Shown one piece after another: positions 36,519-45,738 of a stretch of 59,230 nucleotides of DNA. The translations under genes and the position numbers were made by a program. This stretch comes from a virus (Duplodnaviria; Caudoviricetes), in the IMG/VR virus record IMGVR_UViG_3300005939_000010, positions 1 to 59,230 of that record, one strand, 5' to 3'. Every line of letters starts with the position of its first letter. Position 1 is the first letter of the stretch. The notes under the pieces are model-generated. The model made no database searches. It worked only from the letters and a program-made list of their open reading frames with translations, and was not told where the DNA came from.

Positions 36519-37859
36519 ATGGCACAGAAAGCATTGACGAAGGTAAAGAAAGACGCCATCGCCGAGGACATACTTCTCGGTAGTATGACGCAGCAGGAAA
36601 TAGCCGAGAAGCACGGCGTGTCGAGAGGTTCAGTCAGCACAGTGAAAGCTGAGTACGGACTTCAGGATGCCCAGAAGGTGCGGACCGATGTTGTGACAGA
36701 TCTGGGAACGGATGGTGGATCACTGAAGATCGATTCGACCGAGTTCAAAGGTAATCAGCCGCGCTGGTTGGACATCAAGAACCCACGTGAGTTGCTTAAG
36801 CATTGTGACGTCGATGCTGACGTTTGGATGGTGGACCGGTGCCGTGTCTCTTCATCGGAAGTAACGATGAAGCTGAAGAAGGCAGTCGGTAAGTTGTCAA
36901 CCCACAAGCCGGTTGTCTACACAAATGTCCACGTCTCCATACAGCTCAAGCGCCGGATGCCGTCGGAGCAGGCAACCCTGGCCGCAATTGAGAGGCTACG
37001 TACCAGCAAGATCAGAGTGCCGAAGGTTTCCTACAAGCCGAAGAAGGAAGGCGTCCTCTTAGAGTGGTGCCCGTACGACCACCATCATGGTCTCCTGGCG
37101 TGGGCCCCTGAAGTGGATGCCAGCTGGGATTTGAAGATCTCCGAGGAATTCTTTGATAAGGCTGCCACTGACGTCATTCGCAAGGCATCCATGTTTAATG
37201 TCGAGCGAATCATAATTCCGTTCGGCCAGGACTGGTTCCACTGTAATGATCCGTCCTACGCAACGCCTGCCGCAAAGCATCGGCTTGATATGGAAGGCCG
37301 ATTGATCAAGGTATTTGAGACTGGCTACTGGTCCCTCTTCCGTGCCATCGAACGGTTCCGCCAGATAGCGCCTGTTGATATCGTTTGGGTCCCCGGCAAC
37401 CACGACCCTGAGACATCCTACTACTTGGCGAGGGCCCTGGCCGCCCACTACATGGATATTGATGGTGTGTACCGCAAGGGTGTCACAGTTGACTACACAC
37501 CACGCTCTCGTAAGGTGTACTTGTGGGGTACCAGCTGCATCGGGTTCTCCCATCCCATGGGTCGGGCTCTCTGGGAACGGCAGCGCGGTGTCTTCGCCGA
37601 GCTATTCCCAAAAGAGTGGGCTGCGGCCAACCACCACGAAATCCACACCGGCCATCTACATAAGGTCATGGAGTTGGAGTATATGCAGGCGGACACAGCC
37701 GGCAGCCACACTGTGGTTCGTATGCTGCCGTCCCTCTGTGCTTCCGACAAGTGGCATCACGAGATGGGCTTTCTTGACAAGAACCGTGCCAGCGCCTCCT
37801 TCATTTGGACGAAGGACGCAGGCCTTTCCTGCCAATTCACGACAAGGGTGAAGACGTGA
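36519..37859 (+). CDS. HTH plus calcineurin-like metallophosphoesterase
   Basis: MTQQEIAEKHGVSRGSV HTH; DHHHG, GQDWFH, VPGNHD, HTGHLH. Confidence 0.8.
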   Translation: MAQKALTKVKKDAIAEDILLGSMTQQEIAEKHGVSRGSVSTVKAEYGLQDAQKVRTDVVTDLGTDGGSLKIDSTEFKGNQPRWLDIKNPRELLKHCDVDADVWMVDRCRVSSSEVTMKLKKAVGKLSTHKPVVYTNVHVSIQLKRRMPSEQATLAAIERLRTSKIRVPKVSYKPKKEGVLLEWCPYDHHHGLLAWAPEVDASWDLKISEEFFDKAATDVIRKASMFNVERIIIPFGQDWFHCNDPSYATPAAKHRLDMEGRLIKVFETGYWSLFRAIERFRQIAPVDIVWVPGNHDPETSYYLARALAAHYMDIDGVYRKGVTVDYTPRSRKVYLWGTSCIGFSHPMGRALWERQRGVFAELFPKEWAAANHHEIHTGHLHKVMELEYMQADTAGSHTVVRMLPSLCASDKWHHEMGFLDKNRASASFIWTKDAGLSCQFTTRVKT

Positions 37860-37961
37860 GATGGATAGACTACTTGTCGGCATCTGTGGTTGCGTGATGT
37901 GGTGGGCTTGGTTTAAGATCCACCTGTGGTATCTGAAATTCTTTTATCCAGGGAGAAAGAA

Positions 37962-38834
37962 ATGAATGCGTATGTGGTGGCATCAATTACCCTGCTGATC
38001 TTGGCGTTCATACAGAACATCTCGTTCAGCATCGTAAGCCGGTCGCGGAACCGTAACAACATGAGGTTCCACTTGATCGCGGCTTTCTTCAGCAACTCCA
38101 TCTGGTTCCTGACCTTCCGCCATCTGATCAAGGCCGATATGAGCCTCTACCTGTTTCCGTGGTACTGTGTCGGTACGATGCTCGGCTCGGTCTTCGGGGT
38201 GCGAATCTCAATGCTGATCGAGAAGTGGCTCGGCGCTGAGGCGGACTCCCATGTGAAGAAGGTCGACACCGGCAAGCTGAACGAGCGCGTTACTCGCATC
38301 GAAAAGTTCATGCAGATCCAGCGAAGGGACTTTGATGTCGACAAGAAACCAACCATTAAGACAAGAGACCGCCTCCCTGGGAAGCCTTCCGTCTACGTGA
38401 CGGTCGGCTTCTCGCGGTGCGGGAAGACCACCTGGGCCAATCGCCACCGGAAGAATCTGGACGCGACCATTGTCTGCGGCGACGATATCCGTCGTGCTCT
38501 GGGCGACAAGGAGTTTAACTATGCCAGGGAGCCGGTTGTCAATATGGTGCTGTCTCTTGCTGTGAGGGCGCTGGTACTCCGTGGCCAGAACGTGATCGTT
38601 AAGGCAACGAGCCTCCGTAGGGGCGACCGTGCCCAGTGGGTGCGGCTGTCCGAGGATGGGTTGGCTACGGTGAATTGGATTCACTTCGAGAGACCACCTA
38701 TGAAGGAGTGGCAGGCCAGGTGCGTTCAGGCGAATTTTGATTGGCGTATAATAGAACACCAGATAAGAATCTTCGAGGGCCTGGACGCTCTCGAGATCGA
38801 AAACATAGGTGTCATCGATGGGAGTAGGGGATGA
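37962..38834 (+). CDS. membrane domain fused to P-loop kinase (AAA_33 / polynucleotide-kinase-like)
   Basis: About three hydrophobic helices in the first 90 aa; VGFSRCGKTTWA and VCGDDIRR. Confidence 0.7.
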   Translation: MNAYVVASITLLILAFIQNISFSIVSRSRNRNNMRFHLIAAFFSNSIWFLTFRHLIKADMSLYLFPWYCVGTMLGSVFGVRISMLIEKWLGAEADSHVKKVDTGKLNERVTRIEKFMQIQRRDFDVDKKPTIKTRDRLPGKPSVYVTVGFSRCGKTTWANRHRKNLDATIVCGDDIRRALGDKEFNYAREPVVNMVLSLAVRALVLRGQNVIVKATSLRRGDRAQWVRLSEDGLATVNWIHFERPPMKEWQARCVQANFDWRIIEHQIRIFEGLDALEIENIGVIDGSRG

Positions 38835-39214
38835 AAGGCGTAGTCAACTACAATTACTACACAGCTCTGCTGTTTGATCGTCGGCCCGATCTACATATGA
38901 CGGTCCAGTACTACTGCAACTTGACGCCGAGGAAGCTCGGCCAACTCATCGTGAACGTAAACGATCTGATCACAGACTCTGATCTACGACAATTTAAGAT
39001 CAAGCTCGACATTGAGGACTTCTTTGGACCGAAGCATACCGTAAGGGTGCTCCGCCCACATGAGCTGCTGGCACCACCGTGGCTTCTGGCAATTAGTAAA
39101 GAAAACTGGTCTCCGCACATTAGCTGTAAGGACAACGCCTTGATGGTGAAGGCCGACACCTTGGTTATCATGACAAAGAGAAGGGAGATTGTACGGTGGA
39201 ACCTGCTGAAGTAA
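38831..39214 (+). CDS. putative 2H phosphoesterase
   Basis: Two HxT/S motifs, LHMTV and PHISC; 127 aa. Confidence 0.55.
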   Translation: MKGVVNYNYYTALLFDRRPDLHMTVQYYCNLTPRKLGQLIVNVNDLITDSDLRQFKIKLDIEDFFGPKHTVRVLRPHELLAPPWLLAISKENWSPHISCKDNALMVKADTLVIMTKRREIVRWNLLK

Positions 39215-39690
39215 GAGAGCAAGACCTCGGACTATTACGACGCGCCCTTGGTGTGTCCACTGTGTCCCCTGACCCAACTACCAAGGTCGGTGCGGTTCTG
39301 GCTAACACGGAAGGGATTGTCATAGCTACCGGCTTCAATAGGTTCCCGCGCGGGATCACTCCTGATGCACGGCTGAACGATCGGCCCTTGAAGAATGAGA
39401 TGGTAATCCACGCGGAACCAAATGTGATTCTCCAAGGGCTTGAATTGATCAGCAAGGTTGGTATGTATTTTTGCACGCTGTATATAACAACGTTGCCGTG
39501 TGCCCGTTGCACCGGGATCATCTTGGATGCCAACATTGGCAGCGTTGTGTGCCTGGAACCTACTGCGGAATTCCTTACTCGTTGGAAGGATTCCGTTGAA
39601 CTGTCCCGTAGTCTCTTCGAGGAGGCCGGGGTGCAACTGAAAGAGTATTCACTTGAGGAGCTAGACAGAGATGGCAAAGAGCAGATTTGA
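39196..39690 (+). CDS. dCMP deaminase
   Basis: SPDPTTKVGAV, GFN.FP, HAEPN, PCARC. Confidence 0.92.
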   Translation: MEPAEVREQDLGLLRRALGVSTVSPDPTTKVGAVLANTEGIVIATGFNRFPRGITPDARLNDRPLKNEMVIHAEPNVILQGLELISKVGMYFCTLYITTLPCARCTGIILDANIGSVVCLEPTAEFLTRWKDSVELSRSLFEEAGVQLKEYSLEELDRDGKEQI

Positions 39691-40018
39691 AGGCCTGTCG
39701 CAGACAGCGATGGTCGCAATCAACAATGCGTGTGCCGAACGGTACGAAGGCGTCAAGAAAGTGTCCCGGTTCCGTTCGAAGGACGACGCCATGGCAACCC
39801 TTCGAACGGTGCTGGCCGATACCGGCGAGAAGATCATCCGCCTGCTGAAGCCGGACTACGTCAAGCGCGGCAAGGCGGCTCCCCGGTTCACGCTCTACCG
39901 TGACGGCATGACCGCGTCCGAGTACGTTGACGCGTGCCTGGCTCAGGATCATCCGCGCGGTGAGGCCATGCGTGATCTCCGCTACGACGCCAACCTGGGA
40001 CTCATCTCCCTTGTCTGA
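39671..40018 (+). CDS. hypothetical, putative DNA-binding protein
   Basis: RFTLYRDGMTASEYV...DLRYD motif; basic. Confidence 0.55.
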   Translation: MAKSRFEGLSQTAMVAINNACAERYEGVKKVSRFRSKDDAMATLRTVLADTGEKIIRLLKPDYVKRGKAAPRFTLYRDGMTASEYVDACLAQDHPRGEAMRDLRYDANLGLISLV

Positions 40019-40025
40019 GCGAGAC

Positions 40026-40421
40026 ATGCGACAAAAGGTTGTTCGGTGCCTCCGGTCCCTGGATGCGATTTCGGTCGAGAATCCAGTAGGACCGGGGACG
40101 CCGGACGTGAACTACGTTGAAGGCTGGATAGAGCTGAAGTGGCTCCGGTCCTGGCCGAAACGTGCAGAGACGCCTGTCACGCTTGATCATGAGTTGACGA
40201 CAGAGCAGCGTGCGTGGGCGCGGCGAAGAACCAAACGGGGTGGTAGAGCATGGGTCATGCTCCAGTGTAGGAAGGAGTGGCTCCTCTTCCGAGGTGACGT
40301 TGCCGCCTGCTTCCTGGGCACTGCGACCCGAGCCGAGCTTTACCGGCATGCTACCATCTGGTGGCAAGACGGATTAGACACCAACGGACTTACTGGGGCG
40401 CTCAATGCAACCGAATTATAA
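40026..40421 (+). CDS. PD-(D/E)xK nuclease / Holliday junction resolvase-like
   Basis: VEN..GPGTPD...WIELK...TEQRAW; possible TTG start at 40011. Confidence 0.75.
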   Translation: MRQKVVRCLRSLDAISVENPVGPGTPDVNYVEGWIELKWLRSWPKRAETPVTLDHELTTEQRAWARRRTKRGGRAWVMLQCRKEWLLFRGDVAACFLGTATRAELYRHATIWWQDGLDTNGLTGALNATEL

Positions 40422-42768
40422 GGCGTCAGTGGAGTTTCTGGAGAAGTGGAGCCCAGGAGGGCCTTGGGTTCTTACCGCCATCTCCCTGGATAAGAAGAGC
40501 ATCGATACGAAGACCTTTCGCAAGGCCGAGGATGTAGAGGCCTGGCTTCAGACATTCGGTGCCGAGAGGAATATCTACTTCTCTGTAAACTCCACGCGGT
40601 ACGATGTATCCAAGAAGCCTATGCGGGAGGATGTGAAGGCTCTCGACTGGCTGCATGTGGACATCGACCCGAGGGCTGGGGAGGATATAGCCAAGGAGCA
40701 GGCACGAGCCTTGGGTATCCTCCAGTCCCCTCCAAACGGCCTACCCAGGCCAACGGTCATAGTATTCTCGGGAGGCGGATACCAAGGCTTCTGGAAGCTG
40801 GAGGACCCGAAGGAGATCAACGGGGAGGAAGCCTTATACGAGGACGCGAAGCGATACAACCAGGCGCTTGAACTCGCCTTTGGAGCAGACAACTGCCACA
40901 ACGTGGACCGTATCATGCGGCTCCCTGGAACGCTGAATCGCCCTGACGCTCGAAAGCGGAAGAAGGGCCGCACAATTCAGCTGGCCTGCCTCATCTCCTG
41001 GGAGGATGACCTCTCCTATCCCCTTTCAAGATTTACTCCGGCGCCAGCCGTCCAGGCTGAACAGTCTGGCTTCGGTGCAACAAAGTCGGTCAAGGTCTCC
41101 GGTAACATCCAACGGATAGACGACGTGAACGACTTGCCGGCGCAGGTCACCGACCTATGTAAGGTAGTGATCGTACAGGGCTCCGATCCTGACAACGCTG
41201 ACAGGTTCCCATCTCGTAGTGAGGCGATCTTCTTTGTCTGCTGTGACTTGGTGCGTGGCGGTGTTGATGACGACACCATCTTCTCTATCCTTACGGATCC
41301 CGACTTCCGGATAAGCTCCTCCGTATTGGACAAGGGCCGTAGTGCGGAGGCCTACGCTATCCGCCAGATCGAGAGGGCCAGGGAGGACGCTGTTGACCCA
41401 CTACTACGGGAGATGAACGAGGACTATGCCGTTGTGCGAATCGGCGGTAAGACGCGCGTCATCTACGAAGAGTGGGACGAAATCCTCGAACGGCACCGGC
41501 TGGTCAAGTCGACCTTTGAGGACTTCCGCAACATGCATATGAACCGTCGGGTCAAGCAGGGAATGGACGCCCAGGGGAATCCGCGATACGTGCCTCTGGG
41601 CAAATGGTGGCTGGAACATGAGAGTCGTCGTCAGTATAAGAGGGTGACGTTTGCACCTGAGCACGAGGTCGCTGACGCCTTCAACATGTGGCGAGGCTAT
41701 TCCTTTGAGCCGGTCCCTGGGAACCAGCATGGTCTATACCTGGAGCATATCCGGGAGAATGTTTGCGAGAATGATGAGGCACTCTACGACTATGTCGTTG
41801 GGTGGATGGCCTCAGCCGTGCAGCATCCTGCTACTCCCGGCCATACGGCGCTGGTGCTACGTGGCGATCAAGGTGTGGGTAAGGGTTTCCTCGCGAGGAC
41901 GTTCGGTAAGCTGTTCGGCCGCCACTTCCTAGCCGTCTCCAACGCCAAGCATCTAACCGGCAACTTCAACGCACATCTCCGTGACTGCGTCGTACTCTTC
42001 TGTGACGAGGCTTTCTACGCTGGCGACAGAACGCACGCCTCCACGCTGAAGACCCTGGTCACCGAGGACTCCATTATGGTGGAGCCAAAGGGTGTGGATA
42101 CCGAGATGGTTGGGAACTGTCTTCACCTAATTATGGCATCGAACGAGGACTGGGTTGTGCCAGCAGGTTACAAGGAACGGCGCTTTTGCGTGCTTGACGT
42201 TGGTGAGGCCCATATGCAGGACGGGGCCTATTTCCGTAAGATCATAGACGCTATGAAGGCTGGTGGCTGGCAGTCCCTACTGCACCACCTGCTGACCTAC
42301 GATCTATCGGGGTTTGAGGTACGGAAGCTCCCGCAGACCAGGGCCCTTCAGGAGCAAAAGATCCATTCGTTCGAGACAACTGACGAATGGTGGTTTCAGA
42401 AGCTGCGTGACGGTAAGGTGATGGCTGAGCACGACGTATGGAAGCCGAACGTGCTGGTCAACGAACTGACCGCTGACTTCACAGACTATACCAAGCTCTT
42501 CCAGAATGCCAACCGACGGGGCTCGGCGACGAAGCTGGGACAGTTCTTGCACCACGCATGCCCAGGAGAGTATCCGGTTCGGTGGCAGGGCCGGGAGACA
42601 GTGGTCTTCCAAGACAAAGCTATTCAACGGCCATACTACTACCGACTTCCATCACTTGACGAAGCACGGAAGCACTGGGACGACAAGTTTGGCGGACCGT
42701 ATATGTGGCCGGAGTGTGAGCAGGAAGGTGGCGGACCCGAGGGAGAAGATGAAAATCTACCATTCTAG
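40405..42768 (+). CDS. primase-helicase (RepB-like primase plus D5-like SF3 helicase)
   Basis: HVDIDP, SGGGYQGFW, DRIMRLPGT.N; GDQGVGKG, FCDEA, MASN, RRF. Confidence 0.9.
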   Translation: MQPNYKASVEFLEKWSPGGPWVLTAISLDKKSIDTKTFRKAEDVEAWLQTFGAERNIYFSVNSTRYDVSKKPMREDVKALDWLHVDIDPRAGEDIAKEQARALGILQSPPNGLPRPTVIVFSGGGYQGFWKLEDPKEINGEEALYEDAKRYNQALELAFGADNCHNVDRIMRLPGTLNRPDARKRKKGRTIQLACLISWEDDLSYPLSRFTPAPAVQAEQSGFGATKSVKVSGNIQRIDDVNDLPAQVTDLCKVVIVQGSDPDNADRFPSRSEAIFFVCCDLVRGGVDDDTIFSILTDPDFRISSSVLDKGRSAEAYAIRQIERAREDAVDPLLREMNEDYAVVRIGGKTRVIYEEWDEILERHRLVKSTFEDFRNMHMNRRVKQGMDAQGNPRYVPLGKWWLEHESRRQYKRVTFAPEHEVADAFNMWRGYSFEPVPGNQHGLYLEHIRENVCENDEALYDYVVGWMASAVQHPATPGHTALVLRGDQGVGKGFLARTFGKLFGRHFLAVSNAKHLTGNFNAHLRDCVVLFCDEAFYAGDRTHASTLKTLVTEDSIMVEPKGVDTEMVGNCLHLIMASNEDWVVPAGYKERRFCVLDVGEAHMQDGAYFRKIIDAMKAGGWQSLLHHLLTYDLSGFEVRKLPQTRALQEQKIHSFETTDEWWFQKLRDGKVMAEHDVWKPNVLVNELTADFTDYTKLFQNANRRGSATKLGQFLHHACPGEYPVRWQGRETVVFQDKAIQRPYYYRLPSLDEARKHWDDKFGGPYMWPECEQEGGGPEGEDENLPF

Positions 42769-42778
42769 TCAAAAAGGA

Positions 42779-42830
42779 TTTTGCTTTCCTCCTGAAATAG
42801 CGTATGGTATACGTAGAAAGGAGACTCAAT
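42779..42830 (+). promoter_or_regulatory. promoter (TTTTGCTT-N16-TATGGT)
   Basis: Same upstream motif as other cassettes; AAGGAG RBS follows. Confidence 0.55.
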
Positions 42831-43523
42831 ATGGATTTGCTTCAACACAAAGAGGGTATCTGCGGACACACAGTAGCACCACGAATCGGTAAGCGCCTGA
42901 ACATCCATCCGGATGTGAAGAGGCCGCGAGAACGCTACTTTGCTCCTGACTCCCGCCGATGGTGGCGGAAGGGTCAAATGCCGGAGCGAGATTCCTACAA
43001 GCAACGATCTTACTCCGCCGAGGATCGTTTCGCCGACAAGGTCGAGCAACGGACCTTCGCGAACATCACCGAGGCCGCCAAGTATGTCCGGACCTTTATG
43101 GAGAAGCCTTGGTTCCAGCGCCGGTTCCCACTGTTTGCTTCGGTGGTAGTTCGCTACCAACCAGGGACTCGGGTCTCTCGCGGTGGGCCAATGCGGTATG
43201 CCGAGAACCGGAACGAGGTCACAGAGGGCCGGGTCACGCTCTCGTCCTGGGGTATGGGTAAGAAGGGCCGACGCGGTGGTGAAGTTGTCCTACTCCATGA
43301 GATGGCCCACGCAGTCCTGCCGGAAGGGCACGGCCACGACCGACGGTGGGCACGGCACTTCCTGGAGTTCATAGGCTGTATGATGGGGCAGAGTGCTCGT
43401 AAGATCCTGATGGACGAGCTCCGTATGGCAAGGGTGCCGTTCTCCCCATTCAAGCAAATTGAGTTCACGGAGGAGCAGCTGGTACGTCTGGCGGCAGCCC
43501 GACCCAATCCGAAGGGGAAATGA
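42831..43523 (+). CDS. HEXXH zinc metallopeptidase-like protein
   Basis: VLLHEMAHAV...HGHD...F. Confidence 0.7.
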   Translation: MDLLQHKEGICGHTVAPRIGKRLNIHPDVKRPRERYFAPDSRRWWRKGQMPERDSYKQRSYSAEDRFADKVEQRTFANITEAAKYVRTFMEKPWFQRRFPLFASVVVRYQPGTRVSRGGPMRYAENRNEVTEGRVTLSSWGMGKKGRRGGEVVLLHEMAHAVLPEGHGHDRRWARHFLEFIGCMMGQSARKILMDELRMARVPFSPFKQIEFTEEQLVRLAAARPNPKGK

Positions 43524-43903
43524 TGTTAGTCTGCAAATATTGCCAAGCCCAGTTGCTTGATACAAAGGCGGATCGGTGTCCTGCCTGTGGTGCCGTCAAC
43601 TCCATGAGGCCAATACCTAACGGTGGTGTCTTCATGAAGCCGGCAGAGTCTGTCATCCCTCCCGACGAGCTTGACCGGATGATGGGTCTTGACCCGACGG
43701 CCGACCCGTATGGGCCGCGCGGTGTTATTGGCTATCTCAAGGGCGATATAACCTGGCTTGGTTCCAGAGTTGAGTTCGCCAAGATCGTGGAAGGTATCGA
43801 GGTTCGACAAGTGGCTGGGGTGGTAAGCCACATCACCGGCATCGGTTGGAAGAATGACCTGGACCTGGGTCTAGCCCTTTTGATGGAGGCACAGGGTGGC
43901 TAA
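43520..43903 (+). CDS. zinc-ribbon hypothetical protein
   Basis: CKYC...CPAC; ATGA overlap. Confidence 0.55.
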   Translation: MMLVCKYCQAQLLDTKADRCPACGAVNSMRPIPNGGVFMKPAESVIPPDELDRMMGLDPTADPYGPRGVIGYLKGDITWLGSRVEFAKIVEGIEVRQVAGVVSHITGIGWKNDLDLGLALLMEAQGG

Positions 43904-44108
43904 GAAACGAAAAGAAGTCGTCGTTGAGAAGAACGGTCTCAAGCTGGTTTTCTGGAAGGAAAGTAGGGACGAAGTGAATGTAGACGTCTACCGTGGTGAG
44001 GAGAAGATTATGGAATGGGCCTTTCCCCTACTCCCAGGCTTCAAGAGTCTCCAAGCAGCGGCAGATCTCTGGACAGACCAGGCGATTATTCAGGCGAGGG
44101 ATGTTTGA
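43896..44108 (+). CDS. hypothetical protein
   Basis: GGAGG RBS before GTG. Confidence 0.5.
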   Translation: MAKKRKEVVVEKNGLKLVFWKESRDEVNVDVYRGEEKIMEWAFPLLPGFKSLQAAADLWTDQAIIQARDV

Positions 44109-44884
44109 TGGCTGCGACCAAGATCATCAACTACAAGTGGACCACAGAGATGCGGCCTAACGATCTGGCCCCGATCTGGCCCTTCGTCAACGAACCGGTC
44201 GACCTGATCTTCGCTGATCCGCCTTATAACTACGGCGTCAAGTATAAGGACGACGAGACGAGGGACAAGCTCCCGCCAGAGGAGTATCGTGCCTTGGTAG
44301 AGGCCACCCTGTTCAAGCTGTCCAAAATGGTCAAGCCGGGAGGCACGCTCTGGTGGTTGTGTCCCGCTGAGGCAGGTGATTGGGTCTGGCAAGCTATCCA
44401 CAAATATGGATGGCTCCTCTACGGTAAGCCGATCATCTGGTACGAGCGCTTCAGTCAATACCAGCAGAAGAGACTGACGTCGGACTACCGGCTACTGTTC
44501 CCACTCATCGGCGGTGGCCAAACCAAGGCGACAACCTTCAACCCGGACGACATTCGCGTCAAGTCGGTCCGCCAGCTGATGGGTGATCCTCGTGCCAACC
44601 CCGACGGTCGCGTCCCTGGGCATTTATGGGTCGTCTCTCGTCTCCAAGGCAACGCGGCGGCTCGGGTTGACTGGCACACGGCTCAGCTGGGTCCCGGACC
44701 ACTGGAGACCATCGTACAAGGCTGGACGAACCCAGGCGACACCGTCCTCGACGCCTTCGCTGGCTCTGGTTCCCTGGGCGTGGTGTGTAAAGCCCTGGGT
44801 CGCGATTTCGTAGGTATTGACGGCTCGGCCACCTACTGCAAACTGATGAGGCAACGACTGAAGGAGGCGCCAAGTGCTAAGTAA
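44108..44884 (+). CDS. DNA methyltransferase (N6-adenine / N4-cytosine, beta class)
   Basis: DLIFADPPYN precedes VLDAFAGSG. Confidence 0.9.
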   Translation: MAATKIINYKWTTEMRPNDLAPIWPFVNEPVDLIFADPPYNYGVKYKDDETRDKLPPEEYRALVEATLFKLSKMVKPGGTLWWLCPAEAGDWVWQAIHKYGWLLYGKPIIWYERFSQYQQKRLTSDYRLLFPLIGGGQTKATTFNPDDIRVKSVRQLMGDPRANPDGRVPGHLWVVSRLQGNAAARVDWHTAQLGPGPLETIVQGWTNPGDTVLDAFAGSGSLGVVCKALGRDFVGIDGSATYCKLMRQRLKEAPSAK

Positions 44885-45593
44885 CACCCAACTGCTCCTG
44901 ACCGGCGCTACCAATAGACTATCAGTCGCTGATGAACAAAGCCTGTTCCGTAGGCTGGTGGCGGCTCGCCGTACTATCGATGCTCTTGAGGCCAAGAAGA
45001 GGCGAATAGCCCAGGAGTCGTCGCAGCTTGGGATCGCACGTCAACAATGGACTGTAGTTCGCAACCAGCTGTCAACGGCCAACCTACCTATCGTGGTCCG
45101 GATGTCACAGAAGTATACGTCTGGTGCCATAACGCAGGAGCAGCTGATATCGGAAGGGCTGGTTGGTCTGTTGCGGTGCATCGACCGGTTTGACCCGGAT
45201 CGGGGATTCAAATTCTCGACCTACCTATGCCGGTCACTGATCAACATCTTCTGCCGGTTCATTGCCAAGCAGCGCCGGCACACCGTTGGTAGAGTGGACG
45301 ATGACGAAAACTACATCAGAGAAACCGAGTCGGCGGAGAGGTTCGACTGTGACGAAGTGGTTGACCTTGTCCACGCCCTGGACACCAACCGAGCCGAGCT
45401 GGATGAAGTTGAGATGGCTGTCGTTCGGTTGTTCTATGGGATCGGGACAAAGGGCGGACCCAAGACCATGCATGAGATTCACCTGATCGTCGGCCTTACC
45501 AAGGGCCGCATCCAACAAATTCACAGCGAGGCTGTGGAGAAGCTGAGACACCTGTTCACTATCTATATGGAGCCAAGCTATGAGACTGAGTGA
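44874..45593 (+). CDS. sigma70-family RNA polymerase sigma factor
   Basis: ANLPIV, LISEG.VGLLRCIDRFDPDRGFKFSTY (region 2); C-terminal region 4 HTH. Confidence 0.88.
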   Translation: MLSNTQLLLTGATNRLSVADEQSLFRRLVAARRTIDALEAKKRRIAQESSQLGIARQQWTVVRNQLSTANLPIVVRMSQKYTSGAITQEQLISEGLVGLLRCIDRFDPDRGFKFSTYLCRSLINIFCRFIAKQRRHTVGRVDDDENYIRETESAERFDCDEVVDLVHALDTNRAELDEVEMAVVRLFYGIGTKGGPKTMHEIHLIVGLTKGRIQQIHSEAVEKLRHLFTIYMEPSYETE

Positions 45594-45738
45594 GATCATC
45601 CTGAGGGGTAAGGCGTTGTTGAGTAGGGCCGAGCCGGACGAAGAGCCGATCAGTATGCCGCAGCGTATCATGAAGGGATCGAAAGTGGTTCGTATCCCGA
45701 ACGGCATCCGGAAGCGATTTGGGATGGCGAAAAGATGA
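45580..45738 (+). CDS. small hypothetical protein (52 aa)
   Basis: GGAG RBS; GSKVVRIPNGIRKRFGM is weakly AbrB/MazE-like. Confidence 0.35.
   Translation: MRLSEIILRGKALLSRAEPDEEPISMPQRIMKGSKVVRIPNGIRKRFGMAKR

Noticed and set aside
29662-39690. 7-deazaguanine or 2-aminoadenine (Z) modification
   Set aside because: No DpdA, FolE, QueC/D/E or PurZ motifs recognised
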